Notes: generated from the sequence alone by a model not told the origin. A stretch of 64,000 nt of DNA from Octopus vulgaris (GCA_951406725.2 OX597828.1:49910001-49974000); one strand, 5' to 3'. Shown: positions 1 through 14,600, numbered from the stretch's first letter. A program made the numbers and translations.

Positions 1-73
1 ATATACAGATACAAATGCTTGTGTGTACGTAGATATGTGTATATATGTATGTGTGTATATATATATATATATA

Positions 74-605
74 TGTGAAGACGTGTTGAGGCAAGTGAGG
101 ATCAGAATCGAAATCGATCAATGGAAATTGCGGATGTGCTACCAGTGCCGGTGGCATGTCAAAACTCTGCTTGTGAAGACCCGTTGAGGCAAGTGAGGAT
201 CAGAATCGAAATCGATCAATGGAAATCGATCAATGGAAATTGCAGATGTGTTACCAGTGCCGGTGGCATGTAAGAGAACTTTCCGTTTCGCGACCGTTGC
301 CAGCACCGCCCCGTTTCGTGTCCGTTGCCAGCCTCGCCTGGCCCTCGTGCCGGTGGCACATAAAAAGCACCTTCCGTTCGTGGCCGTTTGCCAGCTCTGT
401 CTGGCACCAGTGCGGGTGGCACGTAAAAAGCACCCACTACACTCACGGAGTGGTTGGCGTTAGGAAGGGCATCCAGCCGTAGAAACACTGCCAGATTTGA
501 CTGGGCCTGATGAAGCCTTCTGGCTTCACAGACCCCAGTAGAACCGTCCAACCCATGCTAGCATGGAAAACGGACGCTAAACGATGATGATGATGATGAT
601 GATGA
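74..605 (+). mobile_element. SINE-like family A ((GAT)n tail, internal tandem GC-rich units)
   Basis: Core ggagtggttggcgttaggaagggcatccagc...acccatgctagcatggaaaacggacg.taaacgatgatgat recurs many times in the window. There is a ~100-bp tandem duplication at its start. Confidence 0.85.
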
Positions 606-729
606 TACACACACATATACATTATATATATATATATGTATAAATGTGCATGCATATGGATAGACATGTATAGATACAATTACCAGTAAAAGCATAAGGC
701 AGGTACACATGTATTTATATCAATAGTGT

Positions 730-778
<49 letters not shown>

Positions 779-1751
779 CATACACACACATGTGCATACT
801 ATTTTTTGCTTATTCATTTTACATCTATTTTAAAATTTATCTTCATGCTAGCGTGAGTTAAACAAATACATATTGTTCAAGCATTGTTTTACAAACTGGA
901 TGTCCTTTCTGCTTCTAACCCTTGCTTGTTTTTCAAGGAAGGGAAAAAAGACTTTTCATTCCGCTCATCTTTGAAAGTGCATAACCACTGGGCAATTTGT
1001 TGACAATACTCTCCACAGCTCAGCGAATTTTATTTCTTTGTTCACACACACACACACACACACACACATATGTATGTGATCCTTACAATAATACATATTT
1101 TGAAGATGTGTATTTTTTTTTTTTTCAAAGTCATTATCCCTTTGTGAAAATACGGAAGTATTGAAACTTTTTATATCAATACAAATATCAAATCTACTTT
1201 CCCATCTGTGGAGATATTTTTTTCTGAGTCATAATCCTCTCAGATGTTTTTCTGAGAACCATGAAATTATAAATCACTTCCCTGGCAACTGCACCCCCTT
1301 AATATGTGTGTGTGTGAGTGTGTGATTATTTTGCAGGGATATAGTTACCTGCTGAGGCATTCACATATGGAGTACATGTTCATATATATATATATATATA
1401 TACATGAGTATACATGTAAATACATAAAACATATGTGAAGGTGCATGCACTTTGAGAACTTTAGGTAACCATGCACATAGATGTAGGTATACATATGCAG
1501 ATACAAACAAAATACAAGCAAAAGTGGATACATTAAAGATATGTAGAGATGAAAATTGCCATTGCTTCCTTCTCTCAATTCTTCACCTACTGGCAGCCTT
1601 CTAAATTCCCTAATCTGATCTTTTTATTTTACTTGTTTCAGTGATTAGACTGTAGCCATGCTGGGGCATCATCTCCAAGAATTGAATCTAATACTTACCT
1701 TTTTTAAAGCCTGTTACTTAGTCTATCAGTCTCTTTTGCTGAACTGCTGAA

Positions 1752-2029
1752 CCATCCGATTGTGGCCGTTGCCAGCCTTGTCTGGCCCCCGTGCCAGTGG
1801 CACATAAAAAGCACCATCCGATTGTGGCCATTTGCCAGCCTCGTCTGGCATGTAAAAAGCACCCACAACACTCACGGAGTGGTTGGCGTTAGGAAGGGCA
1901 TCCAGCTGTAGAAACACTGCCAGATCAGACTGGGCCTGGCACAGCTTTCTGTCTTCCCAGACCCCAGTTGAACTGTCCAACCCATGCTAGCATGGAAAAC
2001 GGATGTTAGAGATGATGATGATGATGATG
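1752..2029 (+). mobile_element. SINE-like family A copy, abutting a truncated family B copy (1627-1750, minus)
   Basis: Same core and (GAT)n tail. Confidence 0.8.
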
Positions 2030-2417
2030 AATGTCACTTTCACCAACAACCTTTGGTACCTCCTCAGTTACCAAACCATGCATAACACATATTCTTATAC
2101 AGTTCTTGATAAGTTAAATTTTTATCAATTTAAAATTTTTGCTTAATCTCAAAAGCAAAACCCACCCTACCACACAAACTTACCCACATAAAATCACAGC
2201 TCTCAAATAAAAGCAAATAAATATATCATCCTCTCCTCCCCACCAACCCCTCAAAAATTGCACACCATGTATGTACTCACACACATATGCCTCTTATCCA
2301 GATAAACAAAAGCTTCATTTCAAAAACTATTACAGGTGGAGAATTCTTGCTTGGAATGTTGTCACTGTAGGGCATCAAAGTTTTAAATACCTACAGTGAA
2401 ATATATATATATATATA

Positions 2418-2830
2418 TAGGTACAGGCATGGTTGTGTGGTAAGAAACTTGCTTCCTAACTACATGGTTCTGGGTTCAGTCCTACCATGTTGCACTGTGG
2501 GCAAGTATCATCTACTATAGCCTTGGGTCGACCAAAGCCGTGTGAGTAGATTTGTTAGACAGAAACTGAAGGAAGCTTATATATATATATCTATCTATCT
2601 GTGTGTGTGTGTGTGTGTGTATGATTGTGTCTGTGCTTGTCCCTGACCACCACTTGACATCCAGTGATGGTGTGTTTTTGTCCCTATAACCTAGTTATTT
2701 GGCAAAAGAGACCAATAGAATAAGTACTAGAATTAAAAATGTAAGTCCTGGGGTTGATTCATTTGACTAAAAAGCCCTGCAAGGTGGGGCTCTAACATGG
2801 CCACAGTCAAATGATTGAAACAAGTAATTG
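2418..2830 (+). mobile_element. tRNA-derived SINE family B (CORE-like), diverged
   Basis: A/B-box-like head (tggttgtgtgg...gggttcagtcc), a gggcaagt core, an internal (TA)/(TG) tract and a gaaacaagtaa end. Confidence 0.8.
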
Positions 2831-2838
2831 ATAAAAGG

Positions 2839-2876
<38 letters not shown>

Positions 2877-3065
2877 CAATAAAGGTTTGGCAACAAGTTG
2901 CTTGACCACATACCAAAAATTTTAGAAATAGCAGCCAAAAGGCTACTATTTCCTTTTTCTACAAAAATGTGTCTCCACAGAATATGGTCCTTTTCCATAC
3001 CAAAAAAACTACTAGGTGAAATTTGATTTTATTAAATTAATAATTTTTCACCCTGTATCTGTAAT

Positions 3066-3096
<31 letters not shown>

Positions 3097-4714
3097 TTAT
3101 TTTAGCTGTGCTTGCACGGGGACTTCAGGCAAGTTATTTGCAGGTTATAACTTGCTTGGAGAAACTGTGTACCCACTGCAGAAACTTAACGTAGCAAGAG
3201 ATTAACTCACCACCCTGCTTAAAAAAAAAAAATCTCTATTCTGGTATTGAGTACTCTTTTTTTTTTCCAACAGTCAACACGGAACATATACTATATATCT
3301 ATATATGTGTGTGTGAGTGTGCCTGTGTGTTCCTCATCTCTAAATGATAGTTTCCAGTATTTTTTTCAGTTATTAAAAAATGCATTTAATTCATTCAGAA
3401 GTTTGTTTAAATTTCATTTGTTATTGATTCTCTCTCTCTCGTTAGCTTTGAGTTGTCCTCAATGCTTGCACTCATAAAATGTGAAATTATTTCTCCTTCA
3501 GTTCAAGGCCTTTCTCCTTTCTGTGTCCTTTCAGTTGTTATTGCTTTCTTCAACAGCATTTATCAATAAATAATACAGCATAACAATATTATTATCATTT
3601 TCGAACTTATAGCTATTATTATTATTACTATTATTATTATTATTGGAAAATATAGATTCCAAAATTTATCTGCAGCACTATTCTAAGGACTGCACATTTA
3701 TATTTCTAATTATTGTTTATTTATTTTTTTCGACATCCAAACTAATATATATATATTTAATGCTTATTAAAATTTCTGTTAATTACACGTTACATGCTAG
3801 GTAGCTTCCTCGCCCCTCACCCATTCTCTTCATTATTGTTGTTTCTTCTGCAGTGTTGATCAGATGCAAATCATAGTATAAGGTTTACTAAAGCTAGCTC
3901 CTACAACTGGCAGCTTGTTGCTGGAAAAGGCATAGATAATCACTGAACACATTTGTTGTTACTACTACTGCTGCTGCTGCTGCTACCTTTGCTATAATAG
4001 TAGTAAGACACAGCTACCATGGTTATTGCTCTTACTACTACTACTGCTGCTGCTACTACTACTACAACTGTTACTCTACTGTATTGTAGGCAGGCACTAC
4101 TAGAAGCAGATCATCTATCACTGATCTTGCTAGTGCCAGAAATTTATGTAGATTTTTATTTGGCTAATATGAAATAAGTACAAATGCTTCCTTCCTTTTG
4201 TTGGACATCTTTGGGGGGGTTTTTTCATTTTTTTTTTTTTTGTGTGTCTTCCTCTCACCCCCATCTTCTGTCATATACTTTATCAACATCATCATTGTTC
4301 CATATCTTACATTGCCCTCTGGTTTCCAGTATCTTAGAAAAGATTTTTTGAGAAATTATTATCTCCTTTGCTCTCTTCCTTTTAAGTATATATATATGAA
4401 AAAAAAAAAGAAAAAAATCCACCTATTTTGACCTACTTTCTCTCTCCCACCTCTCTCTGCTCCACAAGGCAATTTAAATTGTTCTCATTCTTCCTAGGTT
4501 TATTTCTTCTTCCTCTTCCACTTCTCTCTACACACAGTACGCTGTCTTTCCGCTGTCTTTCCATGTAAAAACACTTGTTTAAATCATTAAACCAAATTTA
4601 ATGCATTTTATTTTTGTGAGAAAATATTAATGATATATGTTTGGCAATTACCGTGTTAGCATTTTTTTAAAGAGATGTTACATTAATTCAGACGTCCTTA
4701 TTTGTGGTTTTCAA

Positions 4715-5400
4715 TCAAATCTGATGACCAAATGACCATCCTCTTCATTTACGGATCTTTTGATGGTTGTACATCCCAATCTTTGATGTATAGTTTTGGT
4801 CGCTGATGGGATACATAAATGTTTTGTTAGAGAAGCGAGGTATTACACTGTGCTTGCCTCTTTTTTTTTAATTCTTTTTCTGATTGTGCTAGGTCTGTTT
4901 CTTCACATTTTCAATCCTCTCTTTCAAAAGTGAAACCACCTGTGTCTTTCACCTTTACAGGGTTGATGTTCTCTTCAAAGTGATCTTCTTTAAACAGCTT
5001 TTTTCGGCTGTCAGTGTTGGTGGTGTAGTTTGTTGCAGAGGAGGATACTACAGGCACACTACAGCTGATATGATGGCTGTAATGTGTGGAATCAATGCTG
5101 CTTGTATTGGTTTTGATGGAGGTTTTTGGTGTGTATAATCCTATCTTGTTCAGTAAATAATTGAAAGGATCTTCTGCAGACACTGGATGTTAAAAGACCT
5201 CTTAATGTGTTGGCTGCATGTGGTCCATATGTTGCATCTATGCAGGAAAGGGGGAATACAAGTTACCCAGTGGACAAGAACCTTGATATGGAGTTTGAGA
5301 TGATTGTTTAGAAAGATTCTCTTTCCGAGCTTTCCAAAGCATACAGGGCCTGTCTGAGGCAGTTTGGAACCTCCATACCCTGATGCTGCACAAATATTAT
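4715..5400 (-). mobile_element. Degenerate RTE-clade LINE 3' end
   Basis: Minus-strand pieces VCFGKLGKRIFLNNHLKLHIKVLVH, CLQKILSI and FMYPISDQNYTSKIGMYNHQKIRK* resemble the RTE C-terminus (AFGRLxKRVF..., CLRxIL, terminal C..C..SRIGL.SH zinc knuckle). Many stops and frameshifts. Confidence 0.7.
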
Positions 5401-6488
5401 TGAGAGGATGTGATTAGTTGTTGCTGTTGTGCAAAACTAAGGACAAACTTGCTACATTTGTTTTGAAATATATGTTGATAGAAATACTGAATCCTTATCA
5501 GTTGGTGCAACAAAGCATTAGAATGTCAAAAGATACAAACCATGAAGAAGCAGTGGTGACAACATACATGGTGTAGAAATTGAAAGTATTGTTATCAAGC
5601 TAGATAAATGTATGGGTGTCTGAAATTTTGAAGCTTGTGAGTAGTTATGGCAGTTTAGAAATGATGATAGAAAGAGTATCAAAAGTTAGCCATGATGAAG
5701 GAGGTAGCTCACCAACCAAGGAAATATAACCAGTTAGAATGAAAAGTAAAGGTCTTTAATTGTGAAGAGCTCTTAATTTGGTGTGGTTAACGAGGTTGCT
5801 TCCCAACCATATGGCTAGGTTCAGTAAATGAGCATCTATCACCATCATACAAGCTATGTTGCTTGTTTCCTGTTTTCCATAGTAAAATTTTAACTTGCTT
5901 AGAAACAGGTGAGGGTTGGCTGGCTACAAGAGCATCCGGCCATAGAAAGTCTGCCTCAATAAAATCCATAAATCCTGTTTGACCCATGCAAACATGGAAA
6001 AGTGGATGTTAAATAATGATGATGATGATGGTGATGATGATAATGAGAATGAAACTGGGTTGTATTGGTTGTTATTAGCCTGGAATATTTGAGTTAGTAA
6101 ATTAAAATAATGCATTTAGTACTGTGTATGTGCACAAATGTTGATGGTATGCTCCTTCTAAAGTTAGTGGTGGTGTGAAGGTCAACTCATTCACAAGCTT
6201 GTTAAAGACATTATACACCAACTACCAGTGCATTGTCAACATTCAAAGGAATCATGGTTCAACATGGATGATTTTAATGACTGTTTTTTTAATAATTTTC
6301 AACATAAGATAATACATAGATATAAATGATTGTTTAATATACAATCAATTATACAATTTTGTTATGAATTAAAAATAATTAATATATATTTATGATGTAT
6401 TCACAATGTAATTATTTCCTTATAATGGAAACTTTAAAATAATTGCAAGATTATTAGAATATCTTTGTTTCTGACAACAGATGATGTT

Positions 6489-6835
6489 CATCATCATCAT
6501 TCTCATTGTTGTTCAACATCTGCTTTCCATGCTGGCATGGGTTGGATGGTTTGACTGAAGGCTGGCAAACCAGAAGGCTGCACCAGACTCCAATCTTGAT
6601 TTGGCAAAGTTTCTACAGCTGGATGCCCTTCCTAATGTCAACCACTCCGAGAGTGTAGTGGGTATTTTTTTACATACCACCAGCATGAGGGCCAGTCAGG
6701 GAGTACAGGCATTGACCATGCTCAAATGGTGCTTTTTCCGTGCCACTGGCACAGGAGCCAGTCAGGTGGCACTGGCAACGGCCACACTCGAGCGGTGTTT
6801 TTTACGTGCCACCAGCACAGGAGCCAGTCAAGCAC
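6489..6835 (-). mobile_element. SINE-like family A copy
   Basis: Reverse complement of the family A core, starting with (CAT)n. Confidence 0.8.
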
Positions 6836-8062
6836 CACTCTCACCTCCTCTTATACCTATAAATATCAATTTATTAATCCATCATCAGTTCTAATATTTA
6901 TCTCATGTCCAATTCTACATGAGATGCCAATTATAAGCAACAGCTTTCATTAGCATATCACTCTAGCATGTCTTTATTTAACTTGATTCATTTCCATATC
7001 TGATACAACACGTTGATGTTAAACTTTTACTTCACAGTCTCTACTTTGTAGAGTGGCTAGGTGTGTTTATTTGCATTGTTTTACCTGGTAAAGGCTGCAT
7101 CAATCTTCTCACCATCCCTGGGAGGGTTGGCAAAGGTCGTGGATGTTGTCTTACTTCTCCTGACTAACTTGTTAAAAAATAACATGAACTGTGAAAATAA
7201 AGTTGTGTATCATATTTGAATTAATTATCTTTTTAAATAATTACTAGTTGGATTATAAACCTCGTGAGTTGAAATTTTATCAACACTACCTTTCTGTTAG
7301 TATATTTTGCAATTGTGCTGTAATTTACATTTACAAATTGCCTTGAACTAGGATTGAACTCAAAAATCAAAAAGAATTGCAAAAGTATAATAGGAAAGTA
7401 TCCTAATGGTAATGTAAACAAAATACAAAATGATGAAGTTAATGGCCTAATGAGTTGCAGCTGATTAAAATAATTACTACATAACTGTCATCATGTAGTA
7501 ATAACTTCCTAGTTATATTATATAATCATTTAACATTCATGTTCCCCCACTGGCATAGGTTGGACCACTCACCCTATCTAATCCTCTCTACCACTTCACT
7601 TGTATACACCTCTCTGTAACAGATCTCTACCACCATCTCCTCTCTCTCTCTCTCTCTCTCTCCCTCATTCATCTCTCTTTTCCAACTGGGGTAGCCATGT
7701 ATGTCCTTTACAGCAAGATCCCTGTTTCTGTCCTTCTACTACTTTAACCTCTCATCATCTAGCATAAAACCACTTCCCTCAATACTTATTTCCCCCCCCC
7801 CTCTCCAGTTGAGGAGTCTTCTCTTGCAAGGTACTTGGTGACTCATTAGTGCTAGTGCCATGCAAAAAGCATTCAGTACCGCCTGTGGTTGGTGTTGGGA
7901 AGGGCATCCAGTCATAGAAACCCTATCAAAGCAGACAGTAGAGCTTAGTACAGTCCTCTGGCACACCAGCTCCTGTCAAACCATCCAACCCATGTCAGCG
8001 TGGAAAACAGATGTTAAATGATGATGATGATTTTATATATAAATATATATCTATATATATAT

Positions 8063-8262
8063 AGTTAATCCAAACATGAAAACACAACAACGCGAGGACG
8101 TGGAACAAATATAGTATTATTGGACGCTCAGGAAGGAAGGGAAGAAGGAGGGTTTAACGTTTCAAGCGGAGCTCTTCATCGGAAACATAGGAGAAGGGAA
8201 GACAGAGGAAAAAAATCGCCAACGGTACACACGCGGTCACATTTTGAATGACCGGAAGGAAT
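8063..8262 (-). mobile_element. Short PLE-like terminal fragment with a degenerate minimal hammerhead (8152-8186)
   Basis: The minus strand reads gttt CCGATGA a gagc tcc gctt GAAA cgtt aaac. It is CpG-rich relative to its flanks and sits next to (TA)n. Confidence 0.5.
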
Positions 8263-9251
8263 ATATAATGAAGTAAAATTTGTGAAGTAAAATTATGTAG
8301 CAACACCAAATGGCGGTGCCCCAGCATGGCCACAGCTTGTGAGCTGAAACTAGGTGAAAAAAAAAATACATATGTATATATATTGTCTTGCTTCAGTCAT
8401 TAGGCTGCAGCCATGCTGAGGCACTGCCTTCCTTGAAGAATTTTACTTAAAGAATTAACCCTAGTACTTATTTTTTAAGCTTGGCACTTTTTCTGTTGAT
8501 CTCTTTTGCCGAGCCATTAAGTTACGGGAATGTAAATACACCAACACCAGTTATCAAGCAGTAGTGGAAGTCACATGCACACACACAACTGGCTTCTTTC
8601 AGTTTCCGTCTCCCAAATCCACTCACAAGGCTTTGGTCAGCTTGAGGCTATAGTAGAAGACACTTGGATACTTGTCCAATGTGCCAACCTGGAACCATGT
8701 GGTTGTGAGGCAAACTTCTTACCATATATTTTACATGTACATTAAAAAAATTCTTATTAACATGAAACATATAAGAAATGTTGTTCAAGAACTTTCAAAA
8801 ATGCTAGCCAAATATTTTTTTGGTTTCTTATTTTGTAGTTAACAGTTTATTCGGAAGGACATGTTTATGTGGTACATTTCACAAATTTATTTCTTTGGAA
8901 AGATAATTAACCATAGCAATTTGTATCATTTTGTTGCTTTTACTCTATATACATCTGCTGGTCACAGCAAAGTTCTTTGTTCATATTTCATTACACTTGT
9001 ATGTTTTACTCAATATCAGGGTTGATATTCATTATCAATTGCTTGAACTTTTCAAATTCTCAAAACATAGAATTGAATTCTTTTATGGTCAAATTCCCAT
9101 AATTGTTGTAAGTTTTCATCAAGTTCTGAATTGGTTGCTTTATTTTGTCATCATAACTCCCTACTCTTTTAGATTTTTTTTTTTTTTCTTCAAAATATTG
9201 GTTTACTATTCAGAAAGATTTTGATCTCCACTTTCAGCCCTCACCATTTAA

Positions 9252-9472
9252 CCCTTTAGCATTTAAACCGGCCATATCCGGCCAAAAGTATTCTGCCTGT
9301 TTTATGTTCAAACTGGCCAGATCTGGTCTCTCACACCAACCCTACAATATCATTTTAAAAATTAACAGCTACCTCATCAAAATCTCATAGCACCAAGATA
9401 ATGCTTGATTAGTTCAAGGCAATGTGGATAAAAAAGGATTAATTCTGGCAGAATAATGTGAACACTAAAGGC
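9252..9472 (-). mobile_element. piggyBac-like MITE, family 1
   Basis: TTAA at 9248-9251 and 9473-9476, with termini CCCTTTAG...CTAAAGGC. Reverse orientation relative to the 36155 copy; strand is relative only. Confidence 0.8.
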
Positions 9473-10583
9473 TTAAACAAACCTAATGACTGTTGTTTGA
9501 GTTTTGAATCGGTCAAACTAACCAGAACTAACAGTAAAAGTTTCTGTAGTTCTATCAGCAATCTCATTTTTTTTTTCTGTTCAATTTCCTTTAATTGCAG
9601 TAAAGCTACTCACAGCTTTGTCATACTTATTAGAGAAATGAAATTTTTTATCGTAGCACACTTCCATACATAAAGGCAAAAAGATATTCCATTTCAGTAA
9701 TGGCCCTCTGTCTACTTACCCAAACTTAATGTAGCTTTATCTGTTACCAACAAGTCATTTATGTTTCTTTATAATTGTTTGCACTGTTGTTTCATCCATT
9801 GCCAAACCAGGTCTATTTCTGTGCTACTGTCACCACGTTCATATCTTTTTATAACTTATTTATCATCTGTAATTAAAACTTTCTTCTTATTTATTCTGAA
9901 CAGCAGAACTTTGCTTGTCAGTCTATATTTTAACCATAGTTATTGAGGTTGGATTACACATTCTATTTTGGTTTATATTACTGTTTTAATCAAGGTTAGG
10001 CCCCTCACTTTATATAAAAAAAACTAACAAGATGGTGGTGGGAGAGGTTACAATTCATATGGCAGCTAACCATCATACAACAGCTGCTGGCAAATGGATT
10101 GCTCTGATTTGTTGTTTTAGACATGTGATCTTGGTTAAGGTGTGGTCTGTTTGGTGTGCATATATTTATATACTTTTTGTGTGTGCATGAGTGGTGTTGT
10201 TGTTAATTAATAAACTGTTTTAATTCAAGAGCCATGCTTTTTGGAGCCATATTAGTTGGTGTGGCGGAGGTTACTCAGTATGTACATGTATATATGTATA
10301 CATAAGTATGCGTGTGTGTGTATACATATATATATATATGTAATTATGTATATGTGTATGTATATATTTATATGCATGCCAACACATAATAACCCTGTGA
10401 TTATCATGGCTTTGAACAGTTCAGTTCTCAGATTAAGAATGGATGTATACACACATCATCATCATCATCATCGTTTAACGTCCGCTTTCCATGCTAGCAT
10501 GGGTTGGATGATTTGACTGAGGTCTGGCAAACCAGATGGCTGCACCAGACTCCAATATATATTAGATATATACCACTTATATG

Positions 10584-10626
<43 letters not shown>

Positions 10627-12869
10627 AGTATAAAAGCATTTTAGAGTTTGCAGTTTTTTTTAAAGAAATTCTCATTTTTTTTTTTTAAGCACAAACCAAC
10701 TTTAATCTGATGCCATAAATGAACACATTAAATTATTTTCTCCTGGTTGGGTTTGAAGAATAATGAGTTTGTAAAGTCATCAACAAATAATGACTTGCTT
10801 TCTTTTAACCAATTCTTTGATGCAGAGTGTCAGTTGAAAGCTATTGGACTTGTAACTAGAATAATCTACTCTGATACTTTTCATAAGTATTGAGTACAAA
10901 TAATTGTATTTGGTCGGTGTGAAATAATCAATGCCGTTGATTTTCAAAAGACTTTCTCCATCAGATGATATGGAGCTAAAATGTTCTAGCAGGAATCGTA
11001 TTGTCAATTTAATATTTAAGTGCACTCTGTCATTGACTTGATGTTAGTGGCTCTATCTCTTCTTTTTTCTTCTCTCTCTTCTAACATCGATGAGTTATCA
11101 AACATATAGGTGCAGTATCTTGATAGTGGCTTAATTTGAAAATTGCTGTTGTTGTTATTTAACTTCAGGTTAAATCCTGTAGATTTATGATCAAAGATGA
11201 TTCCACCATTACTATCTTTTTATTCAAACGTAGGGATTATATTATCCACTATGTCCTTTCATTTTTAAAATTAATGTGTAATTTGAAGGAGACTTGGCTG
11301 CTGCCTCTAGCTAGTTGTGTGACTACATAGAGGTTCCTTTGTTGGCTTGCTAATTTGGAGGTTTCCAAGAAATGCTGAAAATAAATACAAGAAAAAAAAG
11401 ATTGATTAGTCTAATGACTTAATTTTTGTTATTTAGTATTTGAATGAAATTGATATAAACCTCAATAGATCTAATATAAACTTGTGTAGAAAATAAAGAA
11501 ATTAGAAAGATTGTGAAGACAGTTGAATAGTTGAGTGTGTATGAAGGAATGGTAACTGATGGTTCAGTAGACATCACAGAATGGTTCTGGTGACATTTAA
11601 ATCAATCACTCAGGCCAAATATCTGGAAATCAATAAAAAGAAACTATGTGTTGATATATTCAATAAATGTCTTAGGCACAATAGTTCTTGGGTTAGATTT
11701 GATGTTATAAATCTTCATTACTATTCGCACATTATCATATGAAAAAGTACAATGGAAGAAAGTCAATTATCCTCATCATCATTTCAGTAGCCACTTCTCC
11801 ATGCTTTGCCGGGTTCAAACAAAATTCATTAAAACAGGGGTTTTTTTTTTTATGGTTGGATACCCTTCTTGTTGCCAACTCTTACCTGTTTCTTAGTGAG
11901 GTAATATTTCCCCATGACCAGATATACTTTCAAAGACGATTGGAAACAGACACTACTTGTGTGACGGGGATGCTCATTTACAACAATCATGTGATGTCTA
12001 GACAAGGTGATACTAACACACATACATGCATGCATGTGCGCACACACCATACATCCATGTGCATGCATGCATGCACACACACACACACACAGGGCTTTCC
12101 ATCTACCAAAGCCACTCACAAGTCTTTGGTCAGATCATGGCTACAGTAGAAGACACTTGCCCAAGGTCACAGTAGAACTGAACCTAGAACCATGTGGCCA
12201 AGAAACAACCTTCCTAGTATTATAATTAAATCATTGTAATGTTTTGTGTTGCAGTATTTGATTCTTTTCACAGTTATCTGTTTAATTCAATGGAAGAACC
12301 ATGCTGACATCTCTCAATAGATGTGGCATTTAATTTAGATTGAGTCCATTGACTGTTGTTTACTGCTCTATTTATGGTGTATTTAACCATTACTGTACAT
12401 ATGCATACTTGCATGTGCACACACAAAACTGCTAGTGTGTACCTTTGGATAGTTAATTACTAGTAGCAAACTGTATTAAAAGAAATTAATTAAATAAAAT
12501 ATGTTCTTCATTATCATTTAATAGCATATACGTGCACACATACACACACCTCTATGTAATGTATATGTGAACAGTTAACTAATGTACATTTCTAACTAAA
12601 TAACCTGTTAGTGTTTCTTCAAAATACAGAAATAGTGAAAATATCATCAGTCAGGTAACTCAATAACCTGTCAACGTTTCCAGGAACTTCAGACGTGGTG
12701 AAATTAAAATTATCATAGCTCACTTACCTGACTGACCTCTTGATATTTCCAGCAAATTCAGACACAGTTGGAGGGGATGGACAAACAGAGAGTTGGAGAC
12801 ATACTGCTAATTATCTTAGTTGATTGGTGTGTTTCTCTGTTTATACTTTTCAATTACACTTCTAAATTA

Positions 12870-13080
12870 AAGTGGTGAGCTGGCAGAATCGTGAGCATGT
12901 TGAGCTTGGCTGCATTTCATCCATCTTTACATTTTGAGTTCAAATTTTGCTGAGGTTGACCTTACCTTTCATCCTATTGGGCTCAGTAAAATATGTACCA
13001 GTTGAGTACTGGAGTTGATGTCATTGACTTACCCTTTCCCCTGAAATTGTTGGTCTTGTGCCATAAGTTGAAACCAGTTA
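12870..13080 (+). mobile_element. SINE family C (other copies near 43.5, 48.7, 50.83-51.04, 53.7, 58.46-58.68 and 63.25-63.93 kb)
   Basis: Recurrent ggtgagctggcagaat...gagttcaaat...aggtcaactttgcctttcatcctttcggggtcgataaaataagtacc. Confidence 0.8.
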
Positions 13081-13522
13081 CATTTCTATATAAAAATCTG
13101 AAAAAGGCAGGTTTTTTTTCTTCTTTTTTTTTAAAGTAAAATAAAGTGTTCTTGACTCTATCTTAAATCTCATTCTCTTTTGGTATTAGCAGAATTATTC
13201 TTTTGTGGAAGGTTTAAATAAATACCTTGTACATATTGTGAGAGGATATTTGAAGGTAACCAATTATATGAAAGATGGAGACATTACGCTTGTAGTTCTG
13301 TGTCGGTCATAATCATACATATATCAGTAGTACAGCATCTTTCTGCACCTATTGATCTCCTTTCATTCCTTTTGGGAGTTTTAATGATTATTTTTACATG
13401 AAGTGACAGTGTAGTAAAAGATTATTTCCGAGATTTGTGTAGTAATTGCATCTGGAGTCCCTTGGGTTTCTGTTCATGGAGGTAGTGCATGTTTGGCAAC
13501 GGACTTTCTAGATTATGCCTGT

Positions 13523-13523
<1 letters not shown>

Positions 13524-13557
<34 letters not shown>

Positions 13558-13880
13558 TTAGCGTCTGCTTTTCATGCTAGCATGGGTTGGACGGTTCGAC
13601 TGGGGATCTGGGAAGCCAGAAGGCTGCACCAGGCCCAGTCTGATCTGGCAATGTTTCTACGGCTGGATTCCCTTCCTAACGCCAACCACTCCGTGAGTGT
13701 AGTGGGTGCTTTTTACGTGCCACCTGCACAGGTGCCAGACGGAGCTGGCAAACGGCCACGGACGGATGGTTCGCTTACTTGTCAATGGTACTGGTATCAC
13801 AGCTGCAATTTCCATTGATGTTGATTGACTTTTTGGTTCTGCTTTCTGATATCTGATTTGATTTGGTTTGATTTTGATTT
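13524..13880 (-). mobile_element. SINE-like family A copy
   Basis: (CAT)n followed by the reverse-complement core. Confidence 0.85.
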
Positions 13881-14181
13881 GTAGTAGTTATTTGTATGTA
13901 GTTATGATTAGGATGGATAGAAATATGGTATGCTGTAAACAGGGTGTGTGTGACAATAAGTAGTGATTAAAATGCAGAACACAATGGCAGACATGGGCCT
14001 TAAAATAAACCAAAGTTGATATCATGAGTTAAAGAGATACTTAGCTTCTAGTTAATGATAAATGGATAGGGCTGATAGATAGGTAGCTTAAGTAGGAGAG
14101 ACACCAACCACCCTTTGTACCAGAGAAGACTGGTTAAGAAGTAAAAGAGAGATATTTTACTAACTATTGTTATGGTTAACC

Positions 14182-14600
14182 TTTACTCTTTTTCTTTTAC
14201 TCTTTTACTTGTTTCGGTCATTTGACTGCGGCCATGCTGGAGCACCGCCTTTAATCGAGCAACTCGACCCTGGGACTTATTCTTTTGTAAGCCCAGTACT
14301 TATTCTATCGGTCTCTTTTGCCAAACTGCTAAGTTACGGGGACATAAACACACCAGCATCGGCTGTCAAGCAATGCTAGGGGGACAAACACAGACACACA
14401 AACATAGACACGCATACATACATATACATATATACGATGGGCTTCTTTCAGTTTCCGTCTACCAAATCCACTCACAAGGCTTTGGTCGGCCCAAGGCTAT
14501 AGTAGAAGACACTTGCCCAAGGTGCCATGCAGTGGCTCTGAACCCGGAACCATGTGGTTGGTAAGCAAGCCACTTACCACACAGCCACTGCTGCGCCTAT
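14182..14600 (-). mobile_element. tRNA-derived SINE family B
   Basis: Reverse complement of the 40159-40575 copy. Confidence 0.9.

Noticed and set aside
4911-5183. 90-aa minus-strand ORF that looks like a unique protein
   Set aside because: It lies inside a degenerate RTE LINE 3' end, and the LINE-like motifs are in other frames.
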